This document shows, piece after piece, positions 1 through 10,500 of a stretch of 18,381 bases of DNA (the first letter of the stretch is position 1; each line of letters starts with the position of its first letter). The DNA is from Ginkgo biloba (lineage: Eukaryota > Plantae > Ginkgophyta). A program made the position numbers and the translations under genes. The stretch lies in contig JANKJI020000004.1 of NCBI GenBank assembly GCA_024626585.2, positions 80,942,192 through 80,960,572 of the forward strand, in the 5' to 3' direction. The notes under the pieces are model-generated. The model saw only the letters and a program-made list of their open reading frames with translations, ran no database searches and was not told the DNA's origin.

Positions 1-523
1 GCAAAAATTTAGCAGCAGAACAGACAAGATAATTTGCCCATTAACAAATTATGTGAAGGATAAGAATGGTAAATTTCAATAGAGAAAATCCGCATTGGAA
101 TAATGGTGTGCTGGACTAGATTACAAATGCATTTCAAAATGCAGACAAGATGAGAGTGTCATGATAGCCAAGTTTGTGGTGAAGCTGACTACAAAATCTT
201 GAATATCACCATAAGCAAAGAATATTTTGTTCAAATAGAGCCCAACCAGGTAAAACTGCCTTCCTTACGAATTTGGAAAGCCTTGGCGCAGTCAAGAAAA
301 ATTATGTACAGCCATGTCGTGAAAAAGCTTCACTACAATGCAGAATATCCACATGGCCACATTTTTAATCCTCCACAAGATGGCAGAAAATTGAAGGGGT
401 ACACCCAATGCATTTGCATGATTTCAGCCCTGCCCTTGCATCATTTTAATTAACCGAGCTGACATGTCATCCAAGAGAAATCCCATGATGGGCTTAATTT
501 GGCCAAAGCTTTCCACCAATTAC
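1..523 (-). other. Probable 3' UTR / downstream region of the LRR-RLK
   Basis: It lies immediately after the TAA and is U-rich on the minus strand. The poly(A) site cannot be determined from sequence. Confidence 0.55.
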
Positions 524-1164
524 TTAAAAAAGAATAGATTCACCAACTTCTGTTTGCTCTATCCCTGTGCTCGATGTTTGTACTGCTCTCTGAGTTGGTT
601 CAGGAAACACCTCATTCGATCCCACTCTTTTGAGCATACATACATCACCTTGCCCACTGCCTGGAGAACCTTCAGTCCCTGATTGTCGAAAACTACCTTT
701 CTGGGTGTGTTCCTCCCTAAGAGACCCAGGAATAGCTATGATTTCAGATGAACTATCCCTCCAACTGCCGAAACGTGCAGCATTCCATGAACCAAGTGAT
801 GATGTTCTTGACCTTGCAGATGCATTGACATTATCCTCTCTAACCACCTTCAAGGGGTTTTCCAATGCTTTAAGAATGTATCTCATTAGTGGTCGTTTCG
901 AAGGTTTTGGGTTCAGACATGACTTGGCCACAATGGACATAGCCCAAACCTCTTCTAGAAGATCTTCATCAACGATGAGGGATGGATCTACAATTTTTGT
1001 CACGGACTCTTTCTCATGGATACTGATTAATGGCAATGCCCACTCCAACCATGCATCTGCACTTGGATCAGAAGAGCCACTAATCCCCAGTTTACCTGAG
1101 ACCAGCTCCAGCAAGACTTTACCAAAACAGTATACATCATATGCACATGTTGCAGCAGGCACAC
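524..1164 (-). CDS. Terminal coding exon of an LRR receptor-like kinase, At2g16250-like (LRR-XIV): kinase C-lobe plus Ser-rich C-terminal tail
   Basis: The translation (G)VPAATCAYDVYCFGKVLLELVSGKLGIS...KIVDPSLIVDEDLLEEVWAMSIVAKSCLNPKPSKRPLMRYILKALENPLKVVRE...SSLGSWNAARFGSWRDSSS covers kinase subdomains IX-XI and closely matches the At2g16250 family as I recall it. The minus-strand acceptor is tgtcag|GTGTG (AG at 1166-1165) and the stop TAA is at 526-524. The first ~29 aa of the 524..1252 ORF are intronic. Confidence 0.95.
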
Positions 1165-1631
1165 CTGACAATGCAGAATGGTTGTAGTTGGAAAGATGAA
1201 TAAGTGATAAATCACACATTCCACAGAAAAGAGGACCAAGGTCAAAGGACATATTTAACTGAAAAAAAACAAGGCTTTATCTCACACGTGAATGCATGCA
1301 AGCGCATGTGTGCGCATGCACACACACACAAAGCAGCAGCAGCCTTATCAAGTATGAGCAGGCGATATAATCAGTATATAGTACTTTTGCAGTACCAAGC
1401 CTCAAGGAACCAAAAATGTGACATCAAAGGCAGAAAAGAAGGATGTCAAAGAATCTATTTAAACATCACTTGGAGCCATCTAAACATTCATGTTGCTGGG
1501 TTCATATTCTCACAGCTCTCCAACCAAAAAAAGGGCTTAAACTGTTGCATCTTTCACTACAAAGTCAAAAGAAAAGAAAAAAAAGTCCAACATGTTAACA
1601 GAGAATAGAGCAATAAATAGCAAGTGCTCAC
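1165..1631 (-). other. Last intron of the LRR-RLK (467 nt, GT-AG, phase 1)
   Basis: Donor gtgag at 1631-1627 and acceptor cag at 1167-1165; the flanking exon frames are compatible. Confidence 0.87.
1302..1330. repeat. Alternating purine-pyrimidine tract ending in (CA)5
   Basis: gcgcatgtgtgcgcatgcacacacacaca is 29 nt of perfect R/Y alternation. Confidence 0.85.
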
Positions 1632-1654
1632 CTGTACTACCATGCTCTGAAGTT
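1632..1654 (-). CDS. 23-nt micro-exon of the same LRR-RLK, encoding x-T-S-E-H-G-S-T-G
   Basis: The minus strand reads ...ttcttgtgtttgtcttgatttgcag|AACTTCAGAGCATGGTAGTACAG|gtgagc, with a U-rich acceptor and a strong donor. Phase 2 in and phase 1 out joins in frame to GT-GTG-CCT of the terminal exon. The peptide resembles the TSEQGTSG-type linker preceding ATCAYDVYCFG in this family (recalled). Confidence 0.88.
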
Positions 1655-2843
1655 CTGCAAATCAAGACAAACACAAGAATATATCATCAGAAAGGTGAAT
1701 GATCAGAAACAACATGGCTCTTCTATTCAAAACAAGGTCAATCCAAACAATTGAAAAATATTNNNNNNNNNNNNNNNNNNNNNNNNNNNNNNNNNNNNNN
1801 NNNNNNNNNNNNNNNNNNNNNNNNNNNNNNNNNNNNNNNNNNNNNNNNNNNNNNNNNNNNNNTTGAAAAATATTCAGTCTCATGTTGTTACACATGACAA
1901 TAAATGCTGCAGGCTCAAGGTAGCACTCTCAAATAGTATGTAGTGTCAAATGGATTGTCAAAATAATATTAGCACAATCCCTGGGAGTTGAATTTTAAAT
2001 AAATGATGCAATCAATAGGAAAACATACATACATAAGTCTCTCATTCATGAAATATATGAAGCTCAATAAGTGGCACAAGATATTGCTGCAATTAGAATT
2101 AACATCATGACATATAAAACCACATGAATCTCATGACCGTGCAAAAGTGAAGTAGCAGCCAACTCTTAGATGGGTGGCTGACTGGCCAGAAATATGAATG
2201 ACAGAAAGTCTAAAATGAGCAAAGAGAAAGCAAGACAATGGGGTGCAGGAGCATTATTTGGTGAAACCTCATTTGTCATCCTCTTCCTCCTCTTTGGCCA
2301 ATCAAACAAAAGCTCTGCATTATCCTCAATGGGAAGCTCCAGGGGCTTGTCATTGATCCAGTTGCAATGTAGATTCAAATGGCTATCAGATTGGAGCAGC
2401 CAGGCAGCTGTCTTGCCTCTCCACATAATGGAAAAAAGCAAGCATTGAGGTCAAATGAGCTCACCTTGACAAGAAGAGATTGCTGTGCACATGCAAGCCA
2501 GAATTTCTCTCGACAGTCCATAGGCCCAGATATCCTTCTTTGAACCTTTGGAAAGCTTGAAATGAATGCCTCTTACAAAGAGAATAAGCGATCAAAATCG
2601 CTTTCATGTACAGGTAAGCCCATTACTATTCTTCGACACAGAAAGAAAGGACTTGGCAACCCGCAGATGTCTTATAGACCAGCCATGGAGGAAAGTTGAT
2701 CATCCATGGAATACATAATAAGGAGGGTGCAAGATAACTTCCAAACACAGTTATGGAGATAGGGCACTACATTACATTGGATTCTGTCCAGTCTTGTAGT
2801 ATACCTACAAAAAGCATATCAGTGCAAGGGACATATTGAGTAG

Positions 2844-3610
2844 TGACACAGCCCCTCCCAGGAACGGGGCTGTCCTCCTCTACCGGTTTGTGCACAAGTG
2901 AAGAATTTCACACAGATTGAAAGGAAAACCAAAACACTTGCACAAGAAAAAGATATAGAAATTCAACATTTCATTCTCAACATGCAAACCCTCTCTTCTA
3001 TTACATTCAAAACCTTTCTTTTATTACATTCTCCCCCACCAGGGTTAAAATTATATACATCGATTTATCCCTTCCTCCACCCTAGAGGAAATACATAAAA
3101 TACATAAAATAACTTCCCCTCAATAACCTCTACTGCATAATGCTCTCCTTCATTACTCACTTGTTGTATTCTCTAAATGGTTAACCCTCTAACCGATTCA
3201 TTCTTCCTTTGTTTGTAAATGGTTTCCAAATCTCTCTTACCAGAGGTTCTTTCTCACTTCTTCACTCCACATGTTCGGTCCCATAGATCTGTCCTCGTTC
3301 CTCTCTTTTCTCTTTGTTGCTTATTGTGGACCCCTTATTCTTCTTCCTCAAATCTTCTCTCTTCTTATACGTAAATTGAATTATTTTCCCTCTTTCCATC
3401 CAAATCATTCAATCGCATTTCCCCCCAAATCTCCAACTACCTCCCATCAATTCCAAAATGGTTGGTAGAAAACTATTTATTACCTTTTAATTCATATTGC
3501 AGGTGAATTAAAACCCCTACACAGGCCACTGACCTACCTTAAATAACCTTGTCATCACTTTTTATTTTTTGTCATTTTTATTTTTCTGTCACGACCCTTT
3601 GTCCATTCAT
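2844..3610. mobile_element. LTR-like retroelement remnant
   Basis: It begins TGACACAGCCCC with an 8-bp hairpin (2848-2873), shifts abruptly to C/T-skewed non-coding sequence with a TATA-like motif, and runs into an N gap. I found no second terminus or TSD. Confidence 0.35.
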
Positions 3611-4039
3611 NNNNNNNNNNNNNNNNNNNNNNNNNNNNNNNNNNNNNNNNNNNNNNNNNNNNNNNNNNNNNNNNNNNNNNNNNNNNNNNNNNNNNNNNNN
3701 NNNNNNNNNNTGTAAAGTTATGTAGCCACATCATGGTATGGAGAAGCTAATATTTACAAAATTTAGTGCATTGTCATTTGTTCGATTATGAAATCTTGAC
3801 ACTAGGCCTCGCCACCATTTGTTTTACTTTTAGTTGGCTGGCAATTACTTTGGAATTATGACTGTGTCAAGGGGGGAATAGTTTCATGATCTTGTCAAAA
3901 ACTTTTGCAAATCTTACTTTCTGCAAAGATGGGTAGTTCTTATGATTGAAATTTCTGCAAGCTCATGGAAAATCTTACTGTAGAAAAATGACGACTCCAG
4001 TTCTCGAGTGTTTGGCTTTTGTTTAACTAGACCCATAGT

Positions 4040-4255
4040 AATCAGGTTCTTGCATCCACCTAATGGGTTCTTGAATTAGGGTCTTGAATTGGGTACATGA
4101 ATCCAGTTTGGGTTCTTGGGTTTGTGTTTGGGGCCAAAAGCATTGTTATATGGGATCAAAAAAATATCGAAATCACCTCACCCACAACCACGAACCTAGA
4201 TTTTCAAAATGCTAAACATGAACCCACACCCACAACAAGGGATCCTAGTAACCTT
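4040..4255. mobile_element. Degenerate MITE-like foldback element
   Basis: The left arm has repeated GGGTTCTTG/GGGTTTGTG motifs and the right arm has the complementary GAACCC/CACCCACA/GAACCT motifs around an AT-rich centre. Confidence 0.45.
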
Positions 4256-4559
4256 GCTTCACAACATTACAATAAGCAATATACTAAATGTTTGGAAAAT
4301 AACCAAAAAATATAAAGAGACTCAAATATGCTTGAGAGAGAAATTGCCTTGAGCTTCTTAGAGAACAAATTCAACGCAAAATTTGTGGAATTCACTCACA
4401 TATCCTTGCTTGCCACCATAGGGTCAAATTTCATCTCAAAAGGACTCGATTAAGATCAATACATACTTGGAGATATGGCTTATGCTTGAAGTCTTTGACA
4501 ATATGAGTCTCATCAAATGTAGGGATATCACATCATCTTTAGTATCACAAACATAATTC

Positions 4560-4890
4560 TCTATAGCGAGAGAAGTATGCATCCAGCTATTTCAGTTATC
4601 ATGTTTCTTGTCGTTCTACTCAACCAGATATCTTCCATTACATTGTAGCACCAACTATAAGACAAGCTTTCAACATCACAACAACTGACGATTTGGATTG
4701 AGAAGTCCTTCAGAGCCTCTCTAGCCAAAGCCAACCCAGAAAGGGTATTCCAATAGAACTTTCAAGTTTTCATCCCACTTGGTGCTTTCACAGTCCACTT
4801 TATGCAGAAAAATTTTCCGTGTATTTGAGTCTCAATTTGATCCAGCATGTCTTACGAAGAACAGCAGAAAAGCCTCCAAAAACCACAAGG
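4560..4890 (-). mobile_element. Possible highly decayed LINE (L1-type) ORF2 3' remnant
   Basis: Frameshifted minus-strand fragments ETQIH...DCESTKW and W-K-IWLSR-NDKK loosely resemble the zf-RVT region and the downstream LWxIWxxRN motif. The match is weak. Confidence 0.25.
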
Positions 4891-5224
4891 GACATTAATT
4901 ACATATGCAATGGAGAAAAGCATATCAAAATGTTAATGAGGTTTATAGCAAGGCNNNNNNNNNNAGAAAATTTTTGAGTTCTAATACTGTAAAAAGCTAG
5001 GCATGCTGGAATGATTAAGACTTTATCACAAAATTTGAAATAGAACAATGTGATCCCTACAGACAAATCTTTGTCTTAAAGAGGACTCTTCACTTTAGTT
5101 TCTAACTGTTCATTTCCTCTTCTGTGATTTTATTTACAAAAAGTGCATTTTATTCATATTTACATGTTCACATCAAACATGTGTCCTGGGATTTTTATCC
5201 ATTTATTTATTTGCTTGCTAATCA

Positions 5225-5236
5225 TACACCCCTTTT
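5225..5236 (-). promoter_or_regulatory. Candidate degenerate polypurine tract of the gypsy element
   Basis: Minus-strand AAAAGGGGTGTA lies directly after the end of pol and is followed by TGAT (5224-5221), a plausible 3' LTR start. Confidence 0.45.
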
Positions 5237-7100
5237 GAAACGGTGATGGCCTCCACCGCTTTTTTCCATAGGTGTGGAAAGTCTTTTTTCAACTTTTCTT
5301 TAGATATCCATCTGGCTACATTTGGAGATTATCCTTTCTTCCCAACCTTCTATATTGCTCCTTTACAGATATGAGTTTGCTTCTACATCTTGTTAAAGAT
5401 TGTATCTTCTACCAGAGATTGCAAAANNNNNNNNNNNNNNNNNNNNNNNNNNNNNNNNNNNNNNNNNNNNNNNNNNNNNNNNNNNNNNNNNNNNNNNNNN
5501 NNNNNNNNNNNNNNNNNNNNNNNNNNNNNNNNNNNNNNNNNNNNNNNNNNNNNNNNNNNNNNNNNNNNNNNNNNNNNNNNNNNNNNGTAAGAGGGCTGAA
5601 TTTTTCAATCTTTCCCTCTAAATCTTTCTTTAGGAAGGTGTAGCCACACTTGATCACCAAGATGGAATTTAGATATATGATAGATGTTTGTCATCTCTTT
5701 CTTTGTATTTCTACTATAATTTTATCAATGCATCTTGCACTTGCTTGCGCATTGTCTGAATATGGTAAATGGACATTTTTACTTGGACTTGAGCTTGAAC
5801 TCCCTTTTGTGAAGAAGAGACACATAAAGATCATGACAAATCCATGGAAGTTTATGCCTCAAAGGGTGTACATGCAATAGAGTTGGCAGCAGTCCTATTG
5901 TAACTATGTTGTACATATGCAAGATTATCATCCCATGTGTTTGGGTGTTTGTGGTTATGTACCTGCAACATGTGAGAGATGGTTCTGTTGACAACTTCAC
6001 ATTGCCCACCAATCTGCGGATGACATGCAGATGACCTTTTTTACTTTGTCTCCATCATGGCCCATAATCGTGTCTAGGAATCGCTTAAGAATCTGTTATC
6101 TATATCTGATATTATAGAAAATGGCAATCTATAATGCACCCATACACGCAAAAGAAGATGTTTGGTGCTTTGCTAAGTTGTAGCTGTCTTCTTACATGGA
6201 ATCAATATAGCTATTTTGCTAAATCTGTCCACAATAACAAAAATGCAATCATCCTGGTTGGTAGTCATAGGTAGTCCTCGTAGGAAATCAATAGTACCAA
6301 TTCCCATGGTCTAGTTGGCAAAAGTAAAGATTTAAATTTGCCCAACTTCTTAGTGGTCAATTTCGAGATACGACATAAAGCACATGATCTCATGTGCTTT
6401 TCCACATGTTGTGGCAGTCTTAATCATAAAAAAATTCTATGCAAATTTGCCAGTGTCTTCTTTACACCTAAATGATCTTCAATTTTGGAGCGGCAAGCTC
6501 CCTACTCATTTGTTGCCTACAACTACTGTTAGCTACAAATAATTTTCCAAGTCTGAACACCATCCTACACATGAAAGTCTTTATGGTGCCCCTCCTCATT
6601 AGGAGTACTAGTCTTCAAAGTTATATATACTTGTGCGAAATCCACATCAATCTGTACATTTCCTTATCACTCCTTTTAAGCAAAATATTTAGCATTCACA
6701 AGATTCATTAAAGAATATATTGAAGGCCTACTAAGAAAATTTGCCACTTTGCTAACAATCCCGTTCTCGTATCTGATTACGAGACGGAATCCCTAATATG
6801 CCATCCATTTCATATGCCTACTATTTACCAATTTTGATTGTGTATGCAGAAATCGCAATGGCTTGCGATCATAATATGTGATAAGTCTCCTTACCTAATG
6901 GATAATTTCACCAGTAATTGACAACTTGTACAATGGTGCACATTGCTTTAGTTTTTCATTGCACCTATGAATGTCTTTGTATGATATGCTATTATTCTCC
7001 CCTACTGAATAAGAACCACACCCGATGCATACCTAGAAGCATCAACTTCAAATTCAAAAAGACATTGCAAATATGTTAAAGCCAACACTAGTGCTAAAGA
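5225..7100 (-). mobile_element. Decayed Ty3/gypsy pol fragment: RNase H, integrase (HHCC zinc finger and DDE core) and a chromodomain-like tail; chromovirus-like
   Basis: Manual minus-strand translation across stops and frameshifts gives ALVLALTYLQCLFEFEVDASRYASGVVLIQ*GRIIAYH (RNase H start), LGKET..YDRKPLRFLHTQSKLVNSRHMKWMAY*GFRLVIRYENGIVSKVANFLSRP, DHLGVKKTLANL...SCALCRISK...PTRPWE..IDFLRGLPMT...IFVIVDRFSKIAILIPCKKT...IISDIDNRF...SSACHPQIGGQCEVVNRT...TWDDNLAYVQHSYNR, FHLGDQVWLHLPKERF and KVGKKG*SPNVARWIS...DFPHL. The RH-before-INT order is gypsy-type. The fragment is non-functional. Confidence 0.93.
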
Positions 7101-7134
7101 TAGATTTCAGATTCATTATATTTTAATTTTTCAT

Positions 7135-7215
7135 GTATGTGGATGGGTGGAAGGATGTGAATGAGTAGATGGATGTGAATGTGTGGATGGATGCAGATGG
7201 ATGCGAATGGATGGT
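7135..7215. repeat. GGATG/GAATG-rich degenerate simple repeat, possibly a MITE arm, truncating the gypsy fragment
   Basis: gtggatgggtggaaggatgtgaatgagtagatggatgtgaatgtgtggatggatgcagatggatgcgaatggatgg lies next to a 348-N run. Confidence 0.6.
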
Positions 7216-7578
7216 CACTTTTACAACCTGNNNNNNNNNNNNNNNNNNNNNNNNNNNNNNNNNNNNNNNNNNNNNNNNNNNNNNNNNNNNNNNNNNNNNN
7301 NNNNNNNNNNNNNNNNNNNNNNNNNNNNNNNNNNNNNNNNNNNNNNNNNNNNNNNNNNNNNNNNNNNNNNNNNNNNNNNNNNNNNNNNNNNNNNNNNNNN
7401 NNNNNNNNNNNNNNNNNNNNNNNNNNNNNNNNNNNNNNNNNNNNNNNNNNNNNNNNNNNNNNNNNNNNNNNNNNNNNNNNNNNNNNNNNNNNNNNNNNNN
7501 NNNNNNNNNNNNNNNNNNNNNNNNNNNNNNNNNNNNNNNNNNNNNNNNNNNNNNNNNNNNNNNNNNNNNNNNNNNNNN

Positions 7579-10500
7579 GTGTTAAAATGAAATGTTAGTA
7601 GATTGATAATTTAGCCAAGTAAAGAAGCCACTGTGGAATCAACTATTTTTATCTGAGAGATTGGGCTCATTGAGTGCAAGGATATCTGTAGGGCATGGAG
7701 AGATGTTACAACGTAGAAAATCCAAGTAAATCTTATCTTGGAATTTGGGAAAAAAGACAAGTTTCCTTAGAGGCTAGTACTTGTGTTTTATTGTTGATGG
7801 TGAGTCCACCAGGGAAGGTAGTGAGGAGAGAGAGAAAGGTAAAGAGAAGATCCCTAGAAGTGTTTTAGTAGAGGGCACCTTCATTGGAATGATGACGTAT
7901 CAATTCTGAGCCATAGAAGGGTTATTGGGGCATAGGATAGCTCAAAGGTTATGTTCAACCCATATGTGAGAATTTGTGCTCAATCTTTCTTATAAATATG
8001 GAGATTTGCTACAGACTTTAGTAGCTTTATTATCATGATTCTCCTCTTATAAGATGGACATCTCTCTCTCTCTCTCTCTTCAAAATTCTGGCATGATTTC
8101 GCTTAATCATAGAAGTTGTTGTCCTTCTTAGCTAACTTTCTACTTGCCATTGGAACTGATCATCTTCAATCCAAAGCACTATTTTGGGTTCTTCTTGCAC
8201 ATCTAAGTGCTCAAATCTATTCCTTGGATCTAAGCAACTTCATTAGAGGGTTTTTAGCAAATCGTTGCTATGATTCAAAGGACATATTGACCTAGAAAGG
8301 TGATGCATGCATTCTGGTAGGGTAGCTAGATTTTTTTGTAAATTCATTACTTGGAAGCAAGTTGTTGGACTTGAGGTTGTAGAAGGAGGACGTTTTCATC
8401 CTCAAAGGTAATTGGAAGCTTTAGCCGAAGTTTTTCATTTAGATAAGTGCTTATTTTTGTAAGCATTTTGTAGTGTCCCAAACTAGAAAACTACTAAATA
8501 ATACAGAGTAATAAACAATTCACAACTAAGAAGTACATAAATAATTCAATAAGAACAATAATTAGAGAAGAAGAAGGATGTGGGGCANNNNNNNNNNNNN
8601 NNNNNNNNNNNNNNNNNNNNNNNNNNNNNNNNNNNNNNNNNNNNNNNNNNNNNNNNNNNNNNNNNNNNNNNNNNNNNNNNNNNNNNNTCTTAAAACCCTT
8701 TTGTAGTGTTGAAATGACACATCACTGCCCTATTGGAGGTGCCCTGCACAGACCTAATCCTTGGGTACGTCTTTTCCCATTCTTCTCTCTACTAATCACC
8801 TCCTTAGTGATTTGCCCAATAGTTGCAATAAAGAAGTGTTGCCTTCATTATTAAACTTGTCTTCTTTCACTAATTTTGAGATAAGACTCACTCGGCTTTT
8901 CTAGGTTGTAATAATGTAGAAGTCAAAGTTGGAACAAACACAACTAGAATTGATCGTGTTTTGTACGAAAAGCAGTGTGCTTCCCCTTAGGCTTTTTGAC
9001 AAGCTACCTCTTAAACCCGCATGCTAACAATATTAAATCATAGTACAAATGCATAAGAAATATTCATTTATAGTAATGACATAAGTGTTGCAAGTACAAT
9101 TACATGTTAGGGTTAAAACACTAGTCCATTAGGGGAAAAAGGGTAGACTAGGAAACTCAAGCTAGCATCCACTCTTGCCTATCAGGGACCACCTAAAGGG
9201 GCCTACTCAGCTACCAACCAAACCTTCATGTATAAATGTTATCCATCAACACCAAGCAACTAAAAACATCCTATTTGATTCCACCCCTTATAGCCAAATA
9301 AGAGTGCAAGGTGTGAGTCTAGTTTCAACCACTCTTTAGCACTAGGGTTATCTCTATAATGAGATACCCCTCCCCACTAACAATACCATGCATGTAATCA
9401 TAAGCAACTACAAACANNNNNNNNNNNNNNNNNNNNNNNNNNNNNNNNNNCCAATGCAAGCCAGTTGAGAAGTACAACCCACTTTGAGTGCTAGCACACC
9501 TCACGACACTGAGACATCTTTGAGGGTTCTTAAGGTGCAAGCCCTACCCTCGTTGTCAATAGCCCATGACATGAGTCGTAAATGCTCGCAAAAGGGCTAT
9601 GGCTTTTAAGTCCTAAGCTAGACATAATGCAACAAATGCGAAGGCATGCTTAAACCTATGCCTAACAATCCCCTTAATGGATTCACTACTAGGACAAGTT
9701 CCCTCCTATACTGGATGCTAGGGTTTGAAACTTGGAAACTTGAGAAAAGAATGAATACACCAAACCCTAATGTCCATACAAATCTAGAAATAACCACAAA
9801 CTATGCAAAACAACACTTTGACTAAGAGTGCCCTATTGCAAGGAGTCTAAATCTTGATTCCTGGGTCAAAAAGACCGATANNNNNNNNNNNNNNNNNNNN
9901 NNNNNNNNNNNNNNNNNNNNNNNNNNNNNNNNNNNNNNNNNNNNNNNNNNNNNNNNNNNNNNNNNNNNNNNNNNNNGCATAGTGATGGTACAATACTAGG
10001 AACCACGGTACCAAAGAGTGTTGCAACTTCTCTTGGTGTAATAGTCTTGCCTCTTAAACTTGCATGCTAAAGATATTAAACATTGTAAAAGGAATAAGTC
10101 ATAAGAGTACATATGCATAAAGAAAATATTCATTTATATTAAACAATGAAGTATTGAAATTACAATCACATACTAGGCTTAATCAATGCCACCTTAGTCC
10201 ATTCTAACACCTTGAATGAGGTCGCCTTGTCCTGTAGAAGAGATTTGAACACTCTTTCAGTGAAAATACCTTTGGAAACACATCATAAATGCAAAGAACC
10301 AGGCTTAGCTATGCAAAAAATAGCCAATGCCTAAAAACAATGACTTGCACTCGTGCAGTCAAGAAGCCAGAATATAGAAAAGGACCCTTGGATTGAAGAC
10401 ACCTTCAATTAGAGACTTTAAGGAGACAAGAGATAACCATTGTGTTATCTAAGCTAGGGTAACCCTTATATATGTTGAAATAAAGGATATTAACCCCCAC

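Noticed and set aside
630-1187. 185-aa plus-strand ORF
   Set aside because: It is the antisense shadow of the kinase exon, with no recognisable domain.
1165-1252. N-terminal extension MSFDLGPLFCG... of the 524..1252 ORF
   Set aside because: This is intron read-through. Family similarity starts at the acceptor at 1164, and the micro-exon supplies the preceding residues.
1204-1608. 134-aa plus-strand ORF
   Set aside because: It lies antisense within the last intron, runs through a simple repeat and has no protein features.
2166-2448. Overlapping 91-aa (minus) and 84-aa (plus) ORFs
   Set aside because: They are short and I recognise no homology, so I cannot support them as CDS.
5272-7598. ORFs spanning N runs (5272-5660 and 7169-7598; likewise 1662-1895, 13289-13749, 17101-17337)
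   Set aside because: They are artefacts of stop-free N stretches.
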